This document shows, in pieces, positions 11,891 to 22,840 of a stretch of DNA of 44,317 bases (positions within the stretch are counted from its first letter, which is position 1; each line of letters starts with the position of its first letter). Below the pieces are notes generated by a model. The model ran no database searches, had not been told where the DNA came from, and saw only the letters and a program-made list of their open reading frames with translations. A program made the translations under genes and the position numbers. This DNA is from Octopus bimaculoides (lineage: Eukaryota), in the NCBI RefSeq assembly GCF_001194135.2, contig NC_068982.1:144084635-144128951 (forward strand), read 5' to 3'.

Positions 11891-12700
11891 CATCATCATT
11901 GCTTAACATCCGCTTTCCATGCTGCCTTGGGTTGGATGGTTTGTCTGAGAACTGGCAAGCCAGAAGGCTGCACCAGGCTCCAATCTAATCTGGTAAGGTT
12001 TCTACAGCTGGATGCCCTTCCTAATGCCAACCACTCCGAGAGTATTGTGGGTGTTTTTTCACGTGCCACTGGCATGGGAGCAAATAAGGTGGCATTGGCA
12101 TTGGCCACGCTTGAATGGTGCTTTTTACATGCCACGGCACATGTGCCAGTCAGGCAGCACTGGCATCGGCCATGACTATAACTTCACTTGACTCAACAAG
12201 TCATCTCAAGCACAGCATATTGCCCAACAATTGAAGGGTACTTTTAAATGGGCCGGTTATGCAACACTGGTATTGGCCATGGCTACGATCTCACTTGACT
12301 TGTCAGGTCTTCTCCATCACAACATATCTCCAATGGTCTTGGTCTCTTGTCATTGCCTCAGTGAGACCCAACGTATGAAGGTTGTGCTTCACTACTTCAT
12401 CCCATGTCTTCCTGGGTTTACCTTTTCCACACGTTCCTTCCACTGTTAAGGTGTGACACTTCTTCACACAGCTGTCCTCATCCATACACAACACATGACC
12501 ATACCAGTGCAGTCATCTCTCTTGTACACCACATTTGATGCTTTTATGTCAGGGTGCTTACACTCTGTGGTGTATGCACACTGACATTACACATCCATTG
12601 GAGCATACTAGCTTCATTTCTTTTAAACCTATGCATATCCTCAGCAGTTACAGCCCATGTTTCACTGCCGTGTAGCATGGCTGTTCACACACATGCATTA
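11891..12700 (-). mobile_element. 5'-truncated RTE LINE: ORF C-terminus, 3' UTR and (GAT)n tail
   Basis: Minus strand reads AMLHGSETWAV...HWYGHVLCMDEDSCVKK...GKGKPRKTWDEVVKHNL, then runs into the same 3' module as the dispersed copies. Confidence 0.9.
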
Positions 12701-13700
12701 TAATATATATTAAATATCTGCAGTACTGGCAACATTTAATTTATAATATATATTGTCTTCTAACATAGGTGCAAGGCAACAATCTCATGATGGGGGTGAA
12801 AGAAAGAATAGATGATTATATCAACTATAGTATTCAACTAGTACTTTATGTTATTGACCCAGGGAGGATGAAAAGCAAGACTGACCTTGGTGAGAAGTGA
12901 ACTTATGACATATGGCAACATAACTTAATACCACAATGTTTGTTCAATAATATATCTGCCAAACATATGAAATTAAGTTAATAACAACCCTGATATTTAC
13001 TAAAACTAGTTTACCATCACTAACAGCCAACAGCACAGTGATATTTTAAAGCTCCATCTGATTATTTTGATAGAGGGTTTAACTACAGACTAAATGGTTA
13101 ATAGTTCATATTCTGCTTCTATCATGACCAAGATATTTAACTCCCTCTCACCCACACCACCCTGTAATAAAAATACTGGGAGTAATTACAATTCACTGCA
13201 TGTATTTACAAAGGGACGTCTACATAGTGGTCAAACCTGTTAGAAATAGCAGCCAAATCCCCTCAAATTACAATCTTAAAGTTAAAAAACACAATATATT
13301 CTTATATCCCACTAAAGAGACAGGACGATCACAGCTATAATAATTTTGATCATGGGTCAGCTTGAACAGGAATGACCTGAAGCTGAAGAACAACAACAAA
13401 TGATCACTACAGTGGAAAGCTGGAACATAAATGATAAACAAGTATTTATTTCTAGTCCCCTTAGTAAGTTTTAAAAAGATCTCATATGATGGCTGATGTG
13501 CAATAATCCAACTCATTTTAAAACTTATTGTGCATGTGCATTCACTCCTCGGTATGTATTTTATTCGATTACAAGAGAGTACATAATACATATAAGAATC
13601 ATGATGTTCCTCATTTGAAGTCATGTAGCTCCCCAACAAGAAACATGCTTTGCTCTGGCCCTTTACTCTCATACTTCACTCCTCTCTATTCCTTATTCAC

Positions 13701-13897
13701 CATCATCATCATCATCATCATCATCATCGTTTAACGTCCACTTTCCATGCTAGCATGGGTTGGACAATTTGACTAAGGACTGATGAAACCAGATGGCTAC
13801 ACCAGGCTCCAATCTGATTTGGCAGAGTTTCTACAGCTGGATGCTCTTCTTAATGCTAACCACTCAGAGAGTGTAGTGGGTGCTTTTACGTGTCACC
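13701..13897 (-). mobile_element. RTE 3' UTR copy
   Basis: (CAT)n followed by gtttaacgtccactttccatgctagcatgggttggac... Confidence 0.85.
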
Positions 13898-13929
13898 CAT
13901 CAAAATGTTTTCCCTCCCCACTCAAGGTT

Positions 13930-14346
13930 TGTAGGCCTGCAACCTGCAGAGTGACCTCACTAATGCTAGTGGCACAAAAAAAAAGCACCCAGTATGTACT
14001 GCAAAGTGGTTGACATAAGGAAAGGTATCCAGTTGTAGAAGCCATATTACAATACAGTCTCAGGGCCCATTGGATCCTGTCAAACCAACAAACCCATGCC
14101 AGCATGGAACATACGTTAAATGATGACGAGGGTACCATGTAATGGTGCTTGTGTCATGTAGAAAGCACTGGTCATGGTACCAAGTAAAAAAAGCATTCAG
14201 TACAGTCTGTGGAGTGGCTGGTGTTAGGAAGAACATCAGCTGTAGAAACCAAGTCAAAACAGACTATGGAACCTGGTGCAGCCCCTGACCTTGCCAGTTC
14301 CTGTCATGCCAACATGGAAAATGGATGTTTGATGATGATGATGATG
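13930..14346 (+). mobile_element. Two adjacent diverged RTE 3'-end copies
   Basis: Two aggaa(g)ggxatccag/ctgtagaa modules, each ending in a gatgat(g) tail (about 14128 and 14346). Confidence 0.6.
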
Positions 14347-14461
14347 AACATTCAAAAATTTATAGGTATGGAGAAAATGATATTAAATTAAAATTAAATA
14401 TGAAAATAAAAGAAAATTAGAAAAATAAAAACGGATAAGCAGTAATAAATAAATAACTTAC

Positions 14462-14529
14462 CTGAAGCTATCAAATATTCCCAAACACTGCTTTTGTTTC
14501 TGTAGACAGCTATAGATTGTGATAATAAA
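14462..14529 (-). CDS. TIMMDC1: TIMMDC1 coding exon 4 (LLSQSIAVYRNKSSVWEYLIAS)
   Basis: ttttag acceptor and gtaagt donor, 68 nt. The VYRNK motif matches human SLNVYRNKDALSHFVIAG. Confidence 0.9.
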
Positions 14530-15305
14530 CTAAAAAAGTAAAAAAAGAACAACAGAGTGGTTTTAGTTGAAAATCATCTGACAGTACATTATTTTCAACT
14601 CAAAAGTTGTTTGTACATGAGGAGAAGGTACACCAGACAGTTACAGGACATTTGTAATGTTATGTAAAATACATCTGATGTGCTTTTCAAAACAATTGTA
14701 GTACTCAACAACCTCTTCCATCCTTTTCATTTACAAATTTATCTATTTATAGATATATATATCTTTAAAGAGATTTGCTGTGTAAGGCCAGAAAAATGTG
14801 CAAGAAGGTACAAAGTAAACTGCAAAAGGAAAAGAAAAGAAAACAATGTTACAGTTTTACCATATATATATATATTGGGGTTATGATCCCTTCTTCAGGA
14901 CATTGGGAAAAAGCAATGGATACAAAAGTCATTGCTCAGATGTGTAGGGGAAGAAGGAGGAAAGTAACATGTGCAGACTAGGGTTGCTATAGCAACCAGT
15001 CTTCTTCATGCAGTTCCTTCTTGTTGTAAATGGCTGGTCTCAATTTGTTTATAAGGAGGGCCTTCATGATTCTCAGGGGCAATCTCAAATTGCACAGACG
15101 TTTTCTTTGTCATTCTAACCCCTAGAAATGTAATGAAGCAATGAGTGGTCCATTGGAAGCTTGTAATGAATAACACTATTATTGCAGGATATAAAATTAG
15201 AATAGAAAAATTGAATTGTTCTAATGTATGAAATATAATGAAACCTTCTCATACCCACACACACACACAAAGAATTATATTTAGCATAAAAAGAAGGTAA
15301 CTTAC

Positions 15306-15387
15306 AGGAATATTGAGGAGAAAAAACACGTGCGATAACTCCAAAAAATGCCTGACTTCATTCCTGCTAACACAACACGGTCAGTCA
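15306..15387 (-). CDS. TIMMDC1: TIMMDC1 coding exon 3, 5' end hidden in a gap (TDRVVLAGMKSGIFWSYRTCFFSSIF)
   Basis: gtaagt donor at 15305. The phase-2 end fits exon 4. The frame is open up to the N run at 15388. Confidence 0.8.
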
Positions 15388-15585
15388 NNNNNNNNNNNNN
15401 NNNNNNNNNNNNNNNNNNNNNNNNNNNNNNNNNNNNNNNNNNNNNNNNNNNNNNNNNNNNNNNNNNNNNNNNNNNNNNNNNNNNNNNNNNNNNNNNNNNN
15501 NNNNNNNNNNNNNNNNNNNNNNNNNNNNNNNNNNNNNNNNNNNNNNNNNNNNNNNNNNNNNNNNNNNNNNNNNNNNNNNNNNNNN
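15388..15585. other. Assembly gap; other gaps at 10612-10621, 17635-18209, 19303-19513, 23799-24685 and 36222-36276
   Basis: Runs of N. Confidence 1.
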
Positions 15586-15714
15586 ATAATTCCAGGCCTT
15601 GTGCCTAGAGCCGTCGCCGTCATCATCAACAACAACAACAACAACAACAAAGTAGCAATTCAGTAATATCAGAGAAGAGCAAAAGCATATACTTCATATT
15701 ATATATATATATAT

Positions 15715-16093
15715 CATCATCATCATCATCATCGTTTAACGTCTGCTTTCCATGCTAGCATGGGTTGGACGATTCGACTGAGGACTGGTGAACCAGATGG
15801 CTGCACCAGGCTCCAATCTGATCTGGCAGAGTTTCTACAGCTGGATGCCCTTCCTAACGCTAACCACTCTGAGAGTGTAGTGGGTGCTTTTACGTGTCAC
15901 CAGCACGAGGGCCAGTCATGCGGTACTGGCAATGGCCACACTCAACATGGTGTTTTTTTACATGCCACTTGTACAGGGGCCAGTCCAGGGGCACTGGCAA
16001 CGACCTTGCTCGAATGATTTTCTAACGTGCCACCAGCATAAGTGCCAGTAGGCGACGCTGATAACGATCACGCTCAAATGGTGCTATTTACGT
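15715..16093 (-). mobile_element. RTE 3' UTR copy
   Basis: (CAT)n tail, conserved module and tandem subunits. Confidence 0.85.
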
Positions 16094-16104
16094 TATATAT
16101 ATTG

Positions 16105-16623
16105 GGCCTCACCGAGGCACTGGCAAGTGATTGAAACCTTTGGAGATATGTTGTGCTTGAGAAGAGCCGGCAAGCCAAGTGAGACCGTAACCATGGTCTA
16201 TGCCAGTGCAGCATAACCAGATCATTTAAGAGTACCCTTCAATCATTGGGCAATAAACTGCACTTGCGAAGACCTGTTGAGACAAGTGCAGTTGTGGCCA
16301 ATGACAGTACCGCCTGATTGGCACCTGTGCCGGTGGCACATAAAAAGCACCATTTGAACATGGTCGTTGCCAGTGCCGCCTGACTGGCTCCCATGCCAGT
16401 GCCATGTAAAAAGCACCATTCAAGCGTGGTCAATGCCAGTGCCATATAAAAAGCACCCACTTCACTCTCAGAGTGGTTGGCATTCTGAAGGGCATCCAGC
16501 TGTAGAAACTTTGCCAGATCGGATTGGAGCCTGGTACAGCCTTCCGGCTCGCCAACCCTCAGTCAAACCATCCAACCCATGCTAGCATGGAAAGCGGACG
16601 TTAAATGACAATAATGATGATGA
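16105..16623 (+). mobile_element. RTE 3' UTR copy, inverted relative to its neighbour
   Basis: Subunit array, then gagtggttggcattctgaagggcatccagctgtagaaa and a gatgatgat tail. Confidence 0.85.
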
Positions 16624-16683
16624 TATGTACATATATATATGTATATATAAGTAAAAAATTAATGAGTGCATGTTATATAAATA

Positions 16684-17033
16684 ATATTTTCAGGATTAAA
16701 TAAAAAGACAACGGAAAATATGACCTATATTATACAAATAAAAAAAACATGTAGTAAATAAACAAACGAACATATACTAAATACACATGTGGACAGCAAA
16801 CATAGGTTTCTTGTTGGTGCCTCCAGAGTGGAAGCAATATTATCAATAATGGCTGAAATTGCATTTGGCCCCTCTGGCCGATAACTGATGAAGAACTGGT
16901 AACCTATGTTTTCTGTCCGCCCGTGTATTTAGTATATGTTCATTTGTTTATTTACTACACGTTTTTTTTTTATTTGTATAATATATGTAGGTATATTTCC
17001 GTTTGTTGTGTCTTTATTTAATTCTGAAAATAT
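16684..17033. repeat. Inverted repeat: arms of about 125-133 bp (16684-16808 and 16901-17033) with a 92-bp spacer
   Basis: Arms align as reverse complements, e.g. tagtaaataaacaaacgaacatatactaaatacac versus gtgtatttagtatatgttcatttgtttatttacta. Confidence 0.85.
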
Positions 17034-17134
17034 AAATATATATGCACATACATACACACATAAGTGAGAGTGGGATTGATGCATAACTAAAATACGTTTC
17101 ACAGATGAGAGAAAAAGTGTGTAACAGAACTCAC

Positions 17135-17300
17135 ATTTGCCTGAAATTTGGTTCGGAAAACAGATGCATTATTATCTTTAATGAACTTGTCATTAGCTTC
17201 TCTGCCACTTATAAATGAACATACACAGAATGTCAAGAGACCAATCTTGCATAGGGAACTACCAATAAAATTCAGCTCAGGACTGAAATTACCCTGGATG
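17135..17300 (-). CDS. TIMMDC1: TIMMDC1 coding exon 2 (IQGNFSPELNFIG...NDKFIKDNNASVFRTKFQAN)
   Basis: ttccag acceptor and gtgagt donor, 166 nt. GA+C joins it to exon 1 as MYSKD-IQGNFSPEL. Confidence 0.85.
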
Positions 17301-17586
17301 CTGGAATGGAAAACAAAACACTTCTTAATGTTAGCAGTAAATTAACTTATAAATCAAATCTAAGTTAATAATTTAATTTAAATATTATTGTTGTTGTTGT
17401 TATTATTATATTTCAAAGGCAGCTGATTAACAAAATCATTACAGCAATGGACCGTGGTTCTTTAACTACGAGTTCTTATGTTCTGTGTTCAAATCATTTC
17501 TTCCTTCTCTGGCCAATAAAATGAGTACTAGTCAAGTACTAACTTCCTACACAACAAAATTTCTGGCTTTGCACCAATAAAAAGTT

Positions 17587-17589
<3 letters not shown>

Positions 17590-17634
<45 letters not shown>
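17590..17634. repeat. (TA)n microsatellite next to a gap; other TA/CA arrays at about 1020-1050, 1222-1260, 18440-18750, 36205-36340 and 40320-40440
   Basis: Directly visible. Confidence 0.95.
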
Positions 17635-18209
17635 NNNNNNNNNNNNNNNNNNNNNNNNNNNNNNNNNNNNNNNNNNNNNNNNNNNNNNNNNNNNNNNNNN
17701 NNNNNNNNNNNNNNNNNNNNNNNNNNNNNNNNNNNNNNNNNNNNNNNNNNNNNNNNNNNNNNNNNNNNNNNNNNNNNNNNNNNNNNNNNNNNNNNNNNNN
17801 NNNNNNNNNNNNNNNNNNNNNNNNNNNNNNNNNNNNNNNNNNNNNNNNNNNNNNNNNNNNNNNNNNNNNNNNNNNNNNNNNNNNNNNNNNNNNNNNNNNN
17901 NNNNNNNNNNNNNNNNNNNNNNNNNNNNNNNNNNNNNNNNNNNNNNNNNNNNNNNNNNNNNNNNNNNNNNNNNNNNNNNNNNNNNNNNNNNNNNNNNNNN
18001 NNNNNNNNNNNNNNNNNNNNNNNNNNNNNNNNNNNNNNNNNNNNNNNNNNNNNNNNNNNNNNNNNNNNNNNNNNNNNNNNNNNNNNNNNNNNNNNNNNNN
18101 NNNNNNNNNNNNNNNNNNNNNNNNNNNNNNNNNNNNNNNNNNNNNNNNNNNNNNNNNNNNNNNNNNNNNNNNNNNNNNNNNNNNNNNNNNNNNNNNNNNN
18201 NNNNNNNNN

Positions 18210-18441
18210 GGCACATAAAAGACACCATTTCGAGCGTGGCCGTTTTCGTGCGGGTGACACGTAAAAGCACCCACTACACTCTCTGAGTGGTTGGCGTTAG
18301 GAAGGGCATCCAGCTGTAGAAACTCTGCCAAATCAGACTGGAGCCTGGTGTTGCCATCCGGTTTCACCAGTCCTCAGTCAAATCGTCCAACCCATGCTAG
18401 CATGGAAAGCGGACGTTAAACGATGATGATGATGATGATGA
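18210..18441 (+). mobile_element. RTE 3' UTR copy next to a gap
   Basis: Conserved module plus (GAT)n tail. Confidence 0.85.
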
Positions 18442-18522
18442 TATATATATATATACAGGCATACATTCACACTCTTGCATATACGTATATACATATATAT
18501 ATATATATGTACACACACACAC

Positions 18523-18553
<31 letters not shown>

Positions 18554-19116
18554 CATACATCCTCCTATCACTCACCTAGACCTGCACATATACAAACATG
18601 CATATCCGTATAAATGAAAGGGACGTGTGCATGAAAGTCGCACTTATGCACTGGACACAGTCTTACACTCATATACATATATATACACATACACATATAC
18701 ATATAAAATATATACCTACATATACTCACACACGTACACATTCACACAATTAAAAAGGAAAAAATAAAAAATAAAAGATGTTAAGACATATAGAAAGCTT
18801 GTGCAGGAACAGTAAAAATGCGGATTCTATCCATGATCGGAAGGGGGTGGGCAAAACCGTAACAAGTATTTTGTCACATGACTGAAGATTTTTAGACAAC
18901 AAATATTTAAGTATTAATATATGGATATTTATATATCAAAAGATCAAATTTACCCACAATACAAACATCAAAGAGAATTAAAGGGAGGGTGGTAAGGTGT
19001 TACAAGTCCAGCAGCTGTTTCTGGCAGCTCGGAGATCCATCATAATGTTGGTATAGTTCACCAAAATATGCAGCCAGTAATGGAATCAAATAAACATAGG
19101 ATAAATCAAGCCTGTT

Positions 19117-19239
19117 ATCAGGGTAAAAAAAAGTCTTTCATTTCAGCTCATGATGCAGAAAAGTTTAAACTGCACCATCACCAGTTTAAACTTCTCTGCA
19201 TCATGATCTGAAATGTAAGATTTTTTTTTCTACCCTGAT
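19117..19239. repeat. Hairpin of about 123 nt (33-bp core stem 19140-19172 / 19182-19214, 9-nt loop)
   Basis: atttcagctcatgatgcagaaaagtttaaactg pairs with cagtttaaacttctctgcatcatgatctgaaat with 2 mismatches. Pairing extends imperfectly to atcagggt/accctgat. Confidence 0.85.
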
Positions 19240-19245
19240 GAAATC

Positions 19246-19813
19246 TTTCGAGCGGGATCGTTGCCGGTGCCCCTGGGCTGGCTCTTGTGCGGGTGACACA
19301 TGNNNNNNNNNNNNNNNNNNNNNNNNNNNNNNNNNNNNNNNNNNNNNNNNNNNNNNNNNNNNNNNNNNNNNNNNNNNNNNNNNNNNNNNNNNNNNNNNNN
19401 NNNNNNNNNNNNNNNNNNNNNNNNNNNNNNNNNNNNNNNNNNNNNNNNNNNNNNNNNNNNNNNNNNNNNNNNNNNNNNNNNNNNNNNNNNNNNNNNNNNN
19501 NNNNNNNNNNNNNTTTCGAGCGGGATCGTTGCCGGTGCCCCTGGGCTGGCTCTTGTGCGGGTGACACATGAGGTTTTCGAGCGAGATGAGCGTGGCCGTT
19601 GCCAGTACCGCTTGACTGGCCTTCGTGCGGGTGACACGTAAAAGCACCCACTACACTCTCTGAGTGGTTGGCGTTAGGAAGGGCATCCAGCTGTAGAAAC
19701 TCTGCCAAATCAGATTGGAGCCTGGTGTAGCCATCTGGTTTCACCAGTCCTCAGTCAAATCGTCCAACCCATGCTAGCATGGAAAGCGGACGTTAAATGA
19801 CGACGACGATGAC
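19246..19813 (+). mobile_element. RTE 3' UTR copy spanning a gap
   Basis: Subunits on both sides of gap 19303-19513, conserved module and gacgacgatgac tail. Confidence 0.85.
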
Positions 19814-20767
19814 AGAGGCTTGACTTATCCTGTGTTTATTTGCTTGCAACACTAATAATTCTTTTCTTTAATGAGTGATCCAAGTAAGAAGATTACATTT
19901 TTATCAATCGCCAGCTTTATGTTGAAATGACTAGTAATGGAGAGAGTGAGAAGCTACAGCAGTAAAAGCACAATGGTAAGATATGCAAGGAATTAAGCAA
20001 AGAGGAAGATGTGAGGAATAGATTTATCGTAGTCAAAGATTAGAGATTAGGTGTAATTAATGGGATTTGATTGCAATGAGTAGTGTCTTAGTTTTGTGTA
20101 ATAATGATTTCTTATATTTAACATAGGACTATAACATAGTGGAGGAATACAGATTACTGAATTCATCCCCCAATACATAACTGCTACTTTACCTTTGAGA
20201 GACGAGAGGTAAAAGACAACACCAACAGGATTTGAATTCAAACAATGGAAGCAGAATGAAAAACTGAAAGGCTTTTTACCTGACATTTTATTATTTCTGC
20301 TACTCTACTACCCTTAGATTTGTGGGAATATTTTTATCTGAAATTTACAAAAACTTTACTATTGAGTACTTTTGTTTTTGTATTTGGTTCCTGGTGTGAA
20401 CTCATATGTTGAAACCTATTTTATTGCATATCAAGAGGATTGTTATGCTAATGTTGCAAATGGTGACAAAAAAGACTTTGGCAAACCTAACTGATTGGCT
20501 AATTGGCCAAAAGATTAATTAAACAATTGATTAGTTAATTGGTTAACCAAAGTGCAAATAAAAATAAAAAAGTGAAACAGAGCTAGTGCAAGTATTTATT
20601 ATTGTCACAATAACCCTCCTGAGATACAACAAATCTACTATTGGGTAAATTTTTAGGACTCAGTTGTTTAAATGATTAAATTAAAGACAATCATCTTCAA
20701 CAAGAAAAGAAAAAAAAAAAAGAATGTCTTGTAATTATTTTGACAACAAGTTTCATGCTATACTCAC

Positions 20768-21069
20768 TCTTTACTGTACATTTTCTGCAAACGATACCAT
20801 CCAGTCTCTGATGACAAAAACTTCTGTATATCTAATTCTGAAATAATTAATTTGTTTTCTAATGCTTGCTTTCGCAGATTTTCAGTGGCTTTTATTAAAG
20901 CATCAGTAGGCTGGGTCTGCGTTTCAATTGAAGGAGATGAGTCTGCAAGAGGAGTTTCAACCTCACTAGCATATATCCGAGGGAACCAAAATGAACTCCT
21001 GAATTCCTGATAGAAGGAAGTGGAGCATATTTGAGATGGAACAAGACCCTTCGGAAACAGATTATCCAT
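20768..21069 (-). CDS. TIMMDC1: TIMMDC1 first coding exon (MDNLFPKG...ETGWYRLQKMYSK)
   Basis: ATG at 21069, just after an acceptor (ttgacag; exon starts 21071), which implies an upstream 5' UTR exon. gtgagt donor at 20767. ETGWYRL resembles TIMMDC1 ESGWDRL. Confidence 0.8.
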
Positions 21070-21908
21070 TCCTGTCAATAAATTAAATATATATTTATAT
21101 ATATAAATCTGTATGTATATACATGCAAGGTAGACTCACTCAAAGTAATACATCTACACCTCATTCTACTGTCACCACTGTACAAAAGACCCCTCCTTTT
21201 TATAGAACTGTTTAAGTTTCTTTATCTACTAACAAGGAAGATAGTCCAATATGAATGTCGAAAGATGTTGATTAATTTTTTAATATGACTTACCAAACAA
21301 TGGACTTGCTCAATGTGATATATTTATACTTCATCATATAATCATTATTACTGGAATAGAAGACACCTCATTTTTGTCAATTCATTTAAATTCCTTTATT
21401 TCTGAGAAAAATGGCCCAAGCTCCCATCATCTGGTGTATTTTCCTTGCAATTCAGTGTCTTATTACATAGTAGTTTGACTTTACAATATCACTATTATGT
21501 TCCAAATCGTAGTCAGGCATATCTAGAATACATTACGGAAAATGACTGGTACTTTATCTTATAGACCTCAGAAAGATGAAAGGCAATGTTAGTCTTGGCT
21601 GGATTTGAGCTCGAAATGTAAATATTGCAGACACTTAGACCGATGCTTTAATGAGTGTTTCATTCCATTGCCTTAAAACTGCAAAAACCTCAGATGTTGT
21701 TATTTTCAGTCATACACCCGTTACAATGTCATTGTCCAGCACCAGGTCAACTGAGATAACTTTCTGAATCCAGAATAATTTCCTGTAAATTCAATGAGGT
21801 AAATACATAAGGAGCCACTAAGTTTAATGTAAATTCATTCCCCGTGAGTAAAGTCATTGACATGCTGTTTATTTGCTGAGTAAATAATTCGCTAAACATA
21901 GAAAAATT

Positions 21909-22120
21909 GGTACTACTAAAGCAGCGCGGACCCGAACGCGCAGTCGCGCGTCCGCGCTAGCTAGTCGTGAGTGGTCGATCCTAACCCTAAACACGTATTC
22001 ATTTGCACACGCGGGTTAGGGTTAGGGATAGGGTTAGGGTAGGGTTAGGATCGACCACTCACGACTAGCTAGCGCGGACGCGCGACTGCGCGTTCGGGTC
22101 CGCGCTGCTTTAGTAGTACC
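21909..22120. mobile_element. 212-bp MITE with perfect 81-bp TIRs, 8-bp TSD (GAAAAATT) and GG termini; Merlin-like
   Basis: TIRs 21909-21989 and 22040-22120 are exact reverse complements. TSD at 21901-21908 and 22121-22128. TTAGGG-like repeats inside. Confidence 0.9.
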
Positions 22121-22840
22121 GAAAAATTTATTTTTAGAAGATGAAATTACAGGCGATGAGTTTCCCCGTTATGAATTTAGGGACACCCTCTAGAGTATGT
22201 TCTTTTTACGAGTCCCATGGAGGGTTAACACCATTGCTGTATGAAACGTTTCTTTTTTACTGTCATTGCTTGATACCTCGGTGGTGAGCATGGTATTCAC
22301 TTTCATGCAGAAACTCGTTCGTTTTCATACAATTGCCAACGTGAAGTGAACAAGCGACGGAGGTAGAGAAACATGTCGACTGCCAGTAAAAATGAGAGAG
22401 ACGAGGTATAATTTTATTTGATAGGGGTAATTAATTTTGTATATTTGAGGATACATTGTAATATTTAATAAAAGCAGTAACATCGAAAACATTTTGCAAC
22501 TAAGTTGAAGGTTACTTCAAGATCAAAACTAGACCTTTAAGGTATGAAGAATAAATTACAACAAACAGAATTAGACTTTTGTTACCAAATACATATAAAT
22601 CATAACACACGAACCTTTCTATAATTGAATAAATGCGTTTAACTGGAAGAGAAAGACCTGAATAAGTGACATTGAACTGTCACATAAATAAAGCGGTTGT
22701 GTTTTCTTTACAAGTTTCTTCCGCTCTTCAGTAATTGAGGAAGTTTTGGTACAAAGCTAGTTGTTGTTACAATTGTCTCGTGTTATTATCTCTTGTTGAT
22801 TTCATTGATGTAGCAACTGCTCATTCATTTTATTCGTTTC

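Noticed and set aside
18995-19075. Hammerhead ribozyme on the minus strand (atgatgg...gaaacagctg)
   Set aside because: The CUGANGA box is not intact and I could not build stems I and III. At most a decayed Penelope-like end.
22013-22049. True telomere or chromosome-fusion scar
   Set aside because: Only about 6 degenerate units, enclosed in TIRs with a TSD.
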